A stretch of DNA of 63,726 nt, counting the filler, from Saprolegnia diclina VS20 (lineage: Eukaryota), in the NCBI RefSeq assembly GCF_000281045.1. It is 22 parts of 18 records of this genome, joined end to end, with 100 filler letters (N's around TTAATTAATTAA, not from the genome) between each part and the next. Parts side by side here need not be neighbours in the genome. Positions count along the whole stretch, not along the records: positions 34,990 to 39,822 come from NW_008246332.1; positions 39,923 to 40,952 come from NW_008246333.1; positions 41,053 to 43,269 come from NW_008246333.1; positions 43,370 to 48,178 come from NW_008246334.1; 18 more parts are not named here. One strand, 5' to 3'. Of the stretch, positions 35,988 through 45,811 are shown piece by piece (the stretch's first letter is position 1; every line of letters starts with the position of its first letter). The notes under the pieces are model-generated. The model made no database searches, was not told the origin of the DNA, and saw only the letters and a list, made by a program, of their open reading frames with translations. The translations under genes were made by a program, and so were the position numbers.

Positions 35988-36241
35988 TTTGGATGCGGTG
36001 TGGTATCCGGAAGGCCAGGATATTCGCTGAGTTGAGTACCACGTCGCGTCTGCAACAAAGAGACGGTGGCTAAGTTGTGGTCCTTTCGAGGCGAAAACAA
36101 CCGTGAGACTTCGTCATTTGTGTTGGTTCTAGTCCCCGTCGAAACACACGTAGAAACCGGTGGGTCGCACGATAGCACCCGACAGAATGTACTCGACGAA
36201 GCGAATTCTAGCAATCTCTATCTGTATCCGGATGGAGATGC
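35988..36241 (+). ncRNA. Candidate structured ncRNA, unit 1 (unassigned family)
   Basis: Stem 36022-36039/36189-36206 (16 of 18 pairs, tandem GA mismatch) enclosing several hairpins including CCT-TTCG-AGG; 11-bp hairpin 36214-36239; G-U pairs favour the + strand. Confidence 0.45.
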
Positions 36242-36324
36242 GTGTGAGTGTGGGTCGTGCAAAGTGCAAAGTGCACAAGGGTTTGCCACGTTTTCTCGTC
36301 CTGTTTGGGTTGTGTTGTTTGTGA

Positions 36325-36495
36325 GTGTTGGTAGTGCAATGCTAGCTCCAATGGCTTTTTGAGTGCGGTCGAGTCGAAGGGAGCTAGGGTTGTCAAGATA
36401 CAGATGGCGCCTAGTCGACCACCTTTTGTCCTGTCGGTGGATTCTTCACTCGCAGAAGGTGCGGGGTTCGAGCCCCGTAGGTGTTGTCCCTTTCT
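36325..36495 (+). ncRNA. Candidate tRNA-like / Pol III type-2 ncRNA, unit 2 (not a canonical tRNA)
   Basis: A-box-like TAGCTCCAATGG at 36343; B-box/T-arm TGCGGGG-TTCGAG-CCCCGTA at 36460-36479; CTAGCTCC/GGAGCTAG stem; GATGGCGCCTA pairing with TAGGTGTTGTC. Confidence 0.45.
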
Positions 36496-38015
36496 TCGCT
36501 TTCCCATTGGCGTTGCCATCGGAAACATCAAGTCGGTTCTTGACTGTGGTCAACTTCCCCACATTGCTGCCAAACAGGGTGGCGGCGATGGCGCTGGGAG
36601 AGATGTTTCTGCCATCGGTGCGTGTGTCTCGACCATCGAATCACATGCGACACACCTTGTCGAGATGGAGCTTACCTTCGGGCTTCATGGCCACCGCGAG
36701 CAAGGCTCATCCTTCGACTATTCTTGAGAAATACACTCATCGCGCTATTATTTTCAACCAATCCACATGCCGCTTTAGCAACACGGAGGTCGATGTCAGT
36801 GTGCTTTCCCGCTGCACACTCTACTGCTACCATGTATCTGTACAACGCCGTATCGTAAGATGGGTCTACGCTCACTGCATCCACTCACTTCGCGACATGA
36901 CTCTGGCGCATTGGCGTGCTGCTCATGCTCACGCCGTCAATGGCAGCGCCGAGCAGCAAGAGGCTCGAGACGAAGCGCTAGTTTGCGGATGACCGCGTCC
37001 GCATTCAGTTTTGCTCGACCAGTGACTACGCCACCAACTACCGAGAGGTCCAAACGTACCTCGAAGCCAACTACACCCGCCGCATACTAGGCGCACGCTC
37101 GCCGCGTTAGCAACGTTCTGCGGCATTGATGGTTCATGGACGTAGCTAGCGATCGTGAGTCGAGTGTGCCCTCGGAAGGCTCCCAGAAATCTCTCATTCA
37201 CAGCCGTTCAAATGCTACGTTTTGTGTGCCGAGCCGTCTGGACGCATCCCTTTCTGTCGACTAAAAACTGCCGCAAACGACGGCCAGGGTACCAGATCGC
37301 TGTACCTCGGCGCGTAAAGAGAGTGGTCCATGACAATCTCAAAGTTAACATCAATTCGAATCGACAGGACGACGACGATGGCAGAACGATCTGCGCGGCC
37401 GCCATGTACTCAAGCGCCTAGAAGCCGTACACGCAGTCGCGGGCTCCGCTTCTTGGTGTGTAGTCTACTCAAAGACGTACGTAATCTAAATCCAAGAGAA
37501 TTCCCTTGTCTAAATCTAACAACGCGTAGTGCGGAGGTTACTTTTTCGCAACATCTACCCACATTCCCTTTGATGCCAAAATCTGTGTGCCTCGATGCTG
37601 GCCACACGAAACGCCACGTCATCATCCGGATATCATCCTTAAATCCGGATGTACCCAAACGAAGCCATTCCGCGGAAGCTTCGCGAAGTCAAACTCGTGC
37701 TCGTCCCATGCGCTCCCTAAAAGGATGCAGACAGCTCGCAGGAATCGATGTGGAGAACTTGTCGATTATGGACCTATTAATATATAAACCATAACTATTC
37801 AGGGGTTCTCAATTTCCCTGTTACGCTCTATCCACGAGCCAGCAAGACCGCTTGACCGCTTGACCTGGAACCTGGCGACAGGCAGATGCGATGGAGCCAG
37901 TCCATAGAATCTATAGGGTAAAGTCCAGGCAAGTGAGGTAAAAGGCCCGTATTTCATGCGGCACAGGTTTTAACGTATTTAACCTGTCTCGACCATCTCT
38001 ATTTCTGCTGGCGCC

Positions 38016-38792
38016 ATGCAGAGCACCGACCAGTCGGCCGTCCGCTCGGACGACGAGAACGACGCCTCCACCGACCGTCATGACGTCGCAGTCGAAGCTG
38101 CACCCAGGACGACGTGGTGGGCGCACAAGGACGACCTCATCTTGCTCACGCAGGCCAACACTGATCGCCCATTCTTGGCCGAGAGGGGCCTCATGGCGGC
38201 CTGGGATGCCACCGCGGCCAGCATCAGCCAGGCTCCGGACTTCGGACGACCAGGCGTCAACGGCAAGAAAGCGTCCAGTCGCTTCTTCAAGCTCATCGAG
38301 GCCCACCGGCTGTACATGAAGCAGGCGAAATACGCATCCGGCGAGAACGACACGCCCAAGATTAGGCTTCTGGACGAGATTGTCAGGCGCATCGACGACC
38401 ACAACAAGGCAAAGGCCAAGGAAATCATGACCAAGAAGACACCAAGAAGCGAGCCCGACGAACCGGCGCGTCTTGTTCGAGAGCCAGCGCCAGCGCCAGC
38501 TCCAGTAGCCCGCGGCCCCAAGCGACCTCGGACCAGCATCGCAGCATCCGACGACGACGACGACAATCCAGTGCCAAGCCGCAAGACGACGGACGCGGAG
38601 TTTCAGCTGCGCGTCATGGAACTGGAGCTCGAGCGCGAGCGCATCGCGTTGGAGAAGTCAAAGCTCCAGATGCAAGCCGACCAAAGCGACAAAGATCGCG
38701 CGGAACGAGCAGCCATTCGGGAGATGGAGGCGAAGCGCCATTCCGACATGATGGCTTTGACCAAAGCGATCCTTGACCAAATACAAGCATGA
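38016..38792 (+). CDS. Myb/SANT-like (trihelix) protein with C-terminal coiled coil, Harbinger ORF2-type
   Basis: WxxxDDLILL...RPF...AWDxxA...F.R...GKKASSRFxxL pattern; LELERERIALE coiled coil; intact 258 aa. Confidence 0.8.
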   Translation: MQSTDQSAVRSDDENDASTDRHDVAVEAAPRTTWWAHKDDLILLTQANTDRPFLAERGLMAAWDATAASISQAPDFGRPGVNGKKASSRFFKLIEAHRLYMKQAKYASGENDTPKIRLLDEIVRRIDDHNKAKAKEIMTKKTPRSEPDEPARLVREPAPAPAPVARGPKRPRTSIAASDDDDDNPVPSRKTTDAEFQLRVMELELERERIALEKSKLQMQADQSDKDRAERAAIREMEAKRHSDMMALTKAILDQIQA

Positions 38793-38806
38793 ACGAACTA
38801 AGCTTA

Positions 38807-39721
38807 GGCGCTGGTCTCCGAACGTCCACTTCAACTCGAGTTGCCTCAATTTTCAAAAATGCAGGCGTCGGACCGTACGGATAAAATTTATCCGGTAGCC
38901 TCCGTAGTTGGCCCAAATTTGCCTGGTTTGCGAACGCACATTTGCGAGTCAACTCACTCGAGGACTGTGAATGGACCGCACGCATCGTTTTGCGTCGGCG
39001 GTCGCGGCAGCCGTGGGCTGCGCTTGCTGTGGCTCATACCGTCATGCGCGAGGACAAGTTCAACATTCTAACCATAATGGAGGTCGAGGTCGATTACGTG
39101 ATTCCCGATCCTCGCTACAACCAAAGGTTCATCAACAGCCTCCGCTGCTCCCAAGCCACGTTTCGCGCTCTTGTGTCCACGCTCCGCGTCTACATGAGCG
39201 ACTACAAGTTCCGCAAGTCCGCGCATTCCTTCGCCAAGAAGGTCGCCGTACTGCACTTCCTCGCCAGCGAGGGCGGGTACCGCTCGGTGTGTCCAAGTCG
39301 TGGTGTATCTACATCGTGCGAGCATTTTCCGACGGCACGCTCATCGACATCGAGCGCCCTAAGGTCTACGACGGCTTCTTCAACCGCCATGGTGACCCAC
39401 GTCTGGCGTCGTGACCGCTGGAGGTGGTGTAGGCAGCGGCATTGCAGCAGGCGGCGGTAGCGTCATGGTGGCAGCCTTCTTGGTGGCAGCCTTCTTGGTC
39501 ACCTTGCGCTGTACAGGCGCCTTGGGCGTGGTGTTCGACGCGCCTCGCGTTGCGCTATTGTGCGATAAAAACCAAAACTCGGAGTTGATGCAACGGAAGT
39601 CGATTCGGAATCAACTCCAATCCCCTCCAGTGATGCCACAAGCCGGATAAATTTTATCCGTATGACATTTTAGAAAATTGAGGCAACTCGAGTTGAAGTG
39701 GACGTTCGGAGACCAGCGGAC
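38807..39721. mobile_element. Internally deleted PIF/Harbinger transposon (915 bp)
   Basis: Perfect 46-bp inverted repeats 38809-38854/39673-39718 plus subterminal TACGGATAAAATTTATCCGG; flanked by TTA/TAA; frameshifted transposase remnants LRCSQATFRALV, LHFLASEGGYR, GVSKS, DGTLIDIERP...FFNRHG. Confidence 0.9.
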
Positions 39722-39922
39722 TAAGAACTGCAATGTGGCAGCGCTTCCTTGCGATCCGAGAAATACAACCTATCACATCACCCGCCTCTAATCTTTTTAG
39801 CCAATCCGCGTGCAGACCTGACNNNNNNNNNNNNNNNNNNNNNNNNNNNNNNNNNNNNNNNNNNNNTTAATTAATTAANNNNNNNNNNNNNNNNNNNNNN
39901 NNNNNNNNNNNNNNNNNNNNNN

Positions 39923-40257
39923 ATGAGCGCCGTCACGCAGCCAGCAACGGCCGACCACCAAACAACTCCTACCAAGAAGCGCCGATGAGTCGTCCAGTCG
40001 GGCACCGTCCCAACGCACTCTGCACATGCTCGATGCGACGCCGAAGCTCGCGCCGCCTTCTTGTAACATAGCCTAGTATGTACACTAGTTGTCATCCAAG
40101 TCAAGTTCGCCACATACAATACGACACCCTGTTGACCACAGCAATTAACTTCTGCTCTATGCGTCTTGATACGGCTCATATATTGCTTTCGTGAACCCTC
40201 GACAGCGTGCGATAGATACCGCAAACGGTACTATGGGAGAGCGAGTTCACCAGAGTT
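39923..40257. repeat. Reverse-complement overlap with 41053-41387 (allelic scaffold ends); includes the 3' end of the microprotein ORF (39923-39988)
   Basis: 335 bp, about four substitutions seen. Confidence 0.9.
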
Positions 40258-40402
40258 CCCCCTGGCTTCACCCTATTCAGGCAAAGTTCACAATCTTTCG
40301 GGTACCAACATATATGGTCATACAGTACCATCCCAACAAGAAACACATCGATGCAATCGAATGTTTACGACAATAACAAAATTATGCCCACATTGCTTAC
40401 TG

Positions 40403-40912
40403 TTAGGCCATGTTGTAGGCCGGCAGCGTGTCCTTGGCGCCGAACGAGCACTTGCCGGCGTCGTACGCCTTGGCCTGCGTCGCCATTTGCGCGAGTGCGC
40501 AGCAGCCGCAAAAGAGCGAGTAGAAGCAGTCTTCGAACTGCGAGCCCGGGATCTGCAGCAGCGTGCGCACTTTGGTGCGAATCTGGAAAAGCATCAAGAA
40601 CCCAAGCGCAAACAGCACACACTCGACGATCGAGATGGTCTCCGAGGTGTTGGCCAAGGCGGAGCAGACCGCCATGCCAACCCAAATAATGCCGTACACC
40701 AAGAGCACCTTCGAATACGAGTACAAGCCGAGGCGGTGCGTCGTCTGCGCAAGCGATACGCACGGGCAGCAGGTCGCCATGAGGCAGTTGGGCATGAAAG
40801 AGCTGAAGCAGCCAAAAATACCGGCCTCCCACTTGCCGACCGTGAGGGCCGCCGCGTTGTCGTTGTAGCTGCCCGCTTGCGGCGCAGAGTCGTGCTGAGG
40901 CGTCGAATGCAT
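40403..40912 (-). CDS. PLAC8-family Cys-rich membrane protein
   Basis: WEAGIFGCF, CCPCVSLAQ, RTKVR...IPGS..EDC..SLFCGCCALAQM. Confidence 0.92.
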   Translation of the reverse strand: MHSTPQHDSAPQAGSYNDNAAALTVGKWEAGIFGCFSSFMPNCLMATCCPCVSLAQTTHRLGLYSYSKVLLVYGIIWVGMAVCSALANTSETISIVECVLFALGFLMLFQIRTKVRTLLQIPGSQFEDCFYSLFCGCCALAQMATQAKAYDAGKCSFGAKDTLPAYNMA

Positions 40913-41321
40913 GTTGGAGTCGAGACGAAAGGAAAAGTGAGCGAGATAACCGNNNNNNNNNNNNNNNNNNNNNNNNNNNNNNNNNNNNNNNNNNNNTTAA
41001 TTAATTAANNNNNNNNNNNNNNNNNNNNNNNNNNNNNNNNNNNNNNNNNNNNAACTCTGGTGAACTCGCTCTCCCAAAGTATCGTTTGCGGTATCTATCG
41101 CACGCTGTCGAGGGTTCACGAAAGCAATATATGAGCCGTATCAAGACGCATAGAGCAGAAGTTAATTGCTGTGGTCAACAGTGTGTGGTATTGTATGTGG
41201 CGAACTTGACTTGGATGACAACTAGTGTACATACTAGGCTATGTTACAAGAAGGCGGCGCGAGCTTCGGCGTCGCATCGAGCATGTGCAGAGTGCGTTGG
41301 GACGGTGCCCGACTGGACGAC

Positions 41322-41486
41322 TCATCGGCGCTTCTTGGTAGGAGTTGTTTGGTGGTCGGCCGTTGCTGGCTGCGTGACGGCGCTCATTTGGCGCACGTGC
41401 TTGGCGCAGTACTTGCCGTTGAGCTCAAAATTGCGGCGCGCCTTGTCGCTCTTCTTGCCTCGGCGCGTGTTGGGTTCGTCGCTCAT
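41322..41486 (-). CDS. 54-aa basic microprotein (MSDEPNTRRGKKSDKARRNFELNGKYCAKHVRQM...KKRR)
   Basis: ATG in CACCATG context, INR-FPR at 41514-41528, synonymous differences versus the paralog at 41792; absent from the ORF track. Confidence 0.7.
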   Translation of the reverse strand: MSDEPNTRRGKKSDKARRNFELNGKYCAKHVRQMSAVTQPATADHQTTPTKKRR

Positions 41487-41791
41487 GGTGGTGGGGGAGC
41501 TGAGGTGTGACGGGTAAACTGAAAATGAAACTCAAAGCAACGGAATGGGGTTGCCGAATCTCGGCTTTGGAATTCATTGTGCCACGTCGCTTTTGAGCCA
41601 ATCAGACGGCGCGTTGCAGCATTTCAGCCAATCGAGCGACATTTCGGCCAATCAAATACGCGTATTGTTTTGCCTGGCCCAAGGACCTTCATTTGAGACG
41701 CCACGACCAGCACTGACCATTTTGATGCGCAAGTCCACCGACACTTGACTTCATTTCGGATTTGCCCCACGACACCACAAGCCACTTCACC
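41487..41791. promoter_or_regulatory. Bidirectional promoter between the two microprotein genes
   Basis: CCAAT boxes at 41598, 41628 and 41648; INR-FPR-like elements facing outward at 41514-41528 (-) and 41751-41765 (+). Confidence 0.65.
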
Positions 41792-41962
41792 ATGAGCGAC
41801 GAACCCAACACGCGCCGAGGCAAGAAGAGCGACAAGGCGCGCCGCAACTTTGAGCTCAACGGCAAGTACAGCGCCAAGCACGTGCGCCAGATGAGCGCCG
41901 TCACGCAGTCGTCCGACCAGCCAGCGACGCCGACGACGGCACCCGCAAAGAAGCGTCGGTGA
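41792..41962 (+). CDS. 56-aa basic microprotein, paralog of 41322-41486
   Basis: First 39 aa identical except S/C at residue 27; ends in KKRR*. Confidence 0.7.
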   Translation: MSDEPNTRRGKKSDKARRNFELNGKYSAKHVRQMSAVTQSSDQPATPTTAPAKKRR

Positions 41963-42745
41963 TCGTGCACTCGAGAAGGTCACAATCACGCCGTCCACAG
42001 CCATACAACAAACATCGCACGACGAGACGCGCGGGCAGATACAGCAGTGCGTCCGTACTGCCTCTTTTCCTCTTGCCGGCACGCCACGTGTGAGTGAGTG
42101 GTACACGATGGTTGCCCCCGAGATTCGAATTGCCAAGGCCACGACGCCAATTTCGTTGTTAAACTTCAACTTGCTAGAATCAACAATCACGTTGTTCTTC
42201 TTCCACGTTGAGCATTATTTTCTGACTTTGTGGCGACGCTTCGGCACGGCGACTGCAACTCCGTCGCTAACGTCGTGTACAAGGCATTGACCAAGCACAG
42301 TATATGTGGATGGACGGGCTTGGACCGTTGGTATGACGTGCATTTGGCTCCATGTTGAAACCGTCGCGGTTTAGGGCTCACCGCGCACAAACATAGCATC
42401 GCATACTGACAGCTTGCTAAACACGGCAAGTTGCAGCGCTGAAGACGTTGTCCTCAGCGTCATCAAATGTTGTCAATGGGCTGCCTTTAGTCAATGAACA
42501 CTCCGAGTGTTTTGGCTATTGTCGAGACAGTCCTTGCTATCTGAGTGCCCTGCAAATTTGATATATTGTTTCTCTAAACCATTGACGTGAGATCCAGCTT
42601 CACAGGCCGACGCCCGCCATCCCAGATCGCTTGACAATCTTTCACTTTGAGATGCCATTACACCCGAGGTGTACTCCACCACCAAATGCAATAGTTCAGC
42701 AAAATAGTCATATTCAAACACAAAACGTCTTTTCCTAGCACTACC

Positions 42746-43255
42746 TTACGCCATGTTGTACGCCGGCAGCGTGTCCTTGGCGCCAAACGAGCACTGACCA
42801 ACGTCGTACGATTTCGCCTGCGTCGCCATTTGCGCGAGCGAGCAGCAGCCGCAGAAGAACGAGTAGAGACAGTCTTCGGCCTGCGTGCCCGGGATCTGCA
42901 GCAACGTGCGGACTTTGGTGCGGATCTGGAAGAGGTACACGAACGCGACGACGTACAAGGCGAGCTGCACGATCGAGAAGAGCGACGAGACGCCGGCCAA
43001 GACGGAGCAGAGCATCATGCAGATCCAGAGACCGCCGTACGCCATGAGCACGCGTCTGTACGAGTACAAGCCGAGGCGGTGCGTGGTCTGCGCCAATGAC
43101 ACACACGGGCAGCAGGTCGCCATGAGGCAGTTGGGCACGAGCGCGTCAAAGCAGCTGAAGATGCCGGCTTCCCACTTGCCGAGCGTGAGGCCCGCGGCGT
43201 CGCTGTTGTAGCTGCCGGCTTGCGGCGCAGAGTCGTGCTGGGGCGTCGATTGCAT
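42746..43255 (-). CDS. PLAC8-family protein, paralog of 40403-40912
   Basis: Same motifs and length (169 aa); central TM region diverged. Confidence 0.92.
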   Translation of the reverse strand: MQSTPQHDSAPQAGSYNSDAAGLTLGKWEAGIFSCFDALVPNCLMATCCPCVSLAQTTHRLGLYSYRRVLMAYGGLWICMMLCSVLAGVSSLFSIVQLALYVVAFVYLFQIRTKVRTLLQIPGTQAEDCLYSFFCGCCSLAQMATQAKSYDVGQCSFGAKDTLPAYNMA

Positions 43256-43912
43256 GTCGGTAGCTGCTCNNNNNNNNNNNNNNNNNNNNNNNNNNNNNNN
43301 NNNNNNNNNNNNNTTAATTAATTAANNNNNNNNNNNNNNNNNNNNNNNNNNNNNNNNNNNNNNNNNNNNCGTCGGTGGGGACATGATAAGTCAAATTCAA
43401 AAGTGAGATGGTAGTAGCTGCTTTGTTTTACCCAAGGAATAGGGCACTTGGTATCACAGTTCCTGAGGTTTATGTAAAGCAACGCGGAATCCTGCAACAC
43501 AGATTGGATCTTTGCAGTGGATATGATTGGTCGAGACTTCGCGCTTTGTTTGAAATGAGCCAATCAAACAACGCCAGCGAGCCTTGAACAATATTGGCCA
43601 TTGACAATTGACGACGCTTGTGGAGGTGCGTTTTGGAACAGTACTGAAATCTCCAGGTCCATGCAGGATGCCATGCGATAGTTCTCAAGCACTTTTGATT
43701 TCAGCAGTGTTCCAACAGTGGAGGAATCGGTATGTTTCTTCGTGCAGCGAGTGGCAACAAATGTTATTTCATGAGGCGTTGTTGTAAACTCCATAATTAG
43801 TGATTTTTAAGCTATAGAACAACGTAAAAGGAGGAATTTACACCCAAACACCAGCAATGTTTTATCCTAGCACGTTTTAAAACATTTTTTCTCAAACAAG
43901 TCGATTAATGTG

Positions 43913-45811
43913 TCAACAATGGTCATCGTCGGGAAGGCCATGGTAGGCGGTCGTTGGGCTCTTGAGTTCGGTCACATGCGCGGGCGGTGCCAAAACGCAG
44001 TGGCCACCAACGCGCATCCAGCCAAAGTCGTGCTCCAGCACCAGACTTGTCGCGTGCGCATCCAAATGTTGCAGGACCAAGCGCTTGCCGGCGTCACGGT
44101 AGCGATGCGCCGCTTCTTTGAGCGCCGCCACCGCTGAAAAGTCGGCCAAACGGCACCCGCCGACGTCAATGACCACGTCGTCCGGGTCGGTCGCAATCTC
44201 CAGGAGGTCCCGGAAGCGCGATACAGACGAAAAGAGCAGTGTGCCGCGGAGGGCATAGATCTTTCGAGTCGATGTGGCGTGCGTCTCGACATCGAGAAAG
44301 GTGCCGCCGACCCATGCGTTGACAAGCGCTTGCCAGATGACGCCGGCGATGACCGCGACGGCCAAGTTGATGGCGGCTGCCAGCGCTGTCACAAGCACAA
44401 TGGCAACGGCGTCCGAGACCGGAAGGTACACGAGCAGTCGGAACGTCGGCCAATGGAACGTGTGCGCAATGATGACGACGAGGATGCCCGTGAGACACGC
44501 GACAGGCACGCGCTCGACAACAGGGCTCGCAAACAGCAGAATCATAAAGGTCACGAGACCGCAGACGACACCGGACACGCGGTGCCGCCCGCCGTTGAGC
44601 ACATTCCCGGTCGACTGGCCAATCATGGAGCAGCCCCCCATGCCCTGGAAGAGCCCGCACACAAGATTGCCGAGGCCTTGCGCGATGCATTCGGCGCGGC
44701 ACGCCGCCATCGACAGCGGCTCTTTGGTCAAGTCGACAATCGCCTGGAGCGTCATGAGCGACTCAAAGAGCCCGACCGCCGCGAGACTCGCCGCCACCGA
44801 GATGACGAGCGACCAGTCCGTGACCCGCGAGAAGCCTGGTATCGCAAACGTCGGTAGCGCCCCCGCGAGCTTGGACGTATCGCCGATCGTGCGGACGTCG
44901 TATCCGAGGAGCGGGCGGTTGATGCCAAACTCGAGGCCGACACCGAGCAGTGCGACAACGAGAGTCGGCGGCACGAGCCGACCAACGACGGGCGTCCGGG
45001 GGAAGAAGTGCATGACAAGGATCGTCACGAGTACATGCACGAGCGTCATCCACGTCGTCGCACTGCTGGCGTCCATCCAAGCGAGACCGTGAGCTTGTTC
45101 GCACGCGCCAAAGAGCAAATTTGGCTTGGTGCATTTCTGAAAAGTGGTTTTTTGAGATAGCAACATCATGAGCGCGAGGCCATTGAGAAACCCAATGTGC
45201 GCCGTGCGCGGGATCATCGAGAAGAAGCGCGAAAGCGAAAAGATACCAAAGAGCAGCTGCATGAGACCGGCCAGAAAGACGGCGACGAAGAGATGCTCGA
45301 CGCGCGCTTCATACGAGAGGTCGCGGAGCGCGCCGGTCCCGCTCGTGATCGTGGGCATGACGACGCCGAGTGCGCCGGCCGCACCGGCAATCGTGGCGGG
45401 CACACCACCAAAGAGCCCAACGAGGATGCCAAAGAAGCCTGTGGCGTAGAGACCGACGACCGGATCGAGGTTGGCGACGTAGCTGAACGCGACCGTCTCG
45501 GGCACCTGGAGAAGCGTCGCGGCGACGCCGCAGAGCACTTCTGTCCGAAGCACTGCAAGGTTGGCATAGTAGAAGCGCGCTGACGTGGCAACGTGCTGTG
45601 GCAGCGCGCGCATCGCCGACATCTTGGCGCTGGCGGCGCGTTGGCGGCCGACACTGGCGCGGACGCGCTCGTAGCCATGTGCTGCGGTGGCATGCACCGT
45701 CGCCCAGAGCGAGAGCGCCTCGTCGCCGGCGTCAAGTTGGATCAAGGACGGGGCGGCGGCGTCGCCCGTGCTCGTCGCGCGCCGGCGTGGCCACGGCTCG
45801 GTGTGGGTCAT
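43913..45811 (-). CDS. SulP/SLC26 anion permease (duplicate of 2971-4869)
   Basis: Identical translation. Confidence 0.92.
   Translation of the reverse strand: MTHTEPWPRRRATSTGDAAAPSLIQLDAGDEALSLWATVHATAAHGYERVRASVGRQRAASAKMSAMRALPQHVATSARFYYANLAVLRTEVLCGVAATLLQVPETVAFSYVANLDPVVGLYATGFFGILVGLFGGVPATIAGAAGALGVVMPTITSGTGALRDLSYEARVEHLFVAVFLAGLMQLLFGIFSLSRFFSMIPRTAHIGFLNGLALMMLLSQKTTFQKCTKPNLLFGACEQAHGLAWMDASSATTWMTLVHVLVTILVMHFFPRTPVVGRLVPPTLVVALLGVGLEFGINRPLLGYDVRTIGDTSKLAGALPTFAIPGFSRVTDWSLVISVAASLAAVGLFESLMTLQAIVDLTKEPLSMAACRAECIAQGLGNLVCGLFQGMGGCSMIGQSTGNVLNGGRHRVSGVVCGLVTFMILLFASPVVERVPVACLTGILVVIIAHTFHWPTFRLLVYLPVSDAVAIVLVTALAAAINLAVAVIAGVIWQALVNAWVGGTFLDVETHATSTRKIYALRGTLLFSSVSRFRDLLEIATDPDDVVIDVGGCRLADFSAVAALKEAAHRYRDAGKRLVLQHLDAHATSLVLEHDFGWMRVGGHCVLAPPAHVTELKSPTTAYHGLPDDDHC

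Noticed and set aside
36008..36215. RNase P/MRP RNA (GGAAGGCCAGG resembles CR-I)
   Set aside because: No room for P2/P3 before the motif and no convincing P4 partner or CR-V.
36405..36490. Canonical tRNA (Arg-TCG or Sec)
   Set aside because: No proper D arm in register, anticodon loop lacks U33 and the purine at 37, T-loop geometry is off; kept only as a tRNA-like candidate.
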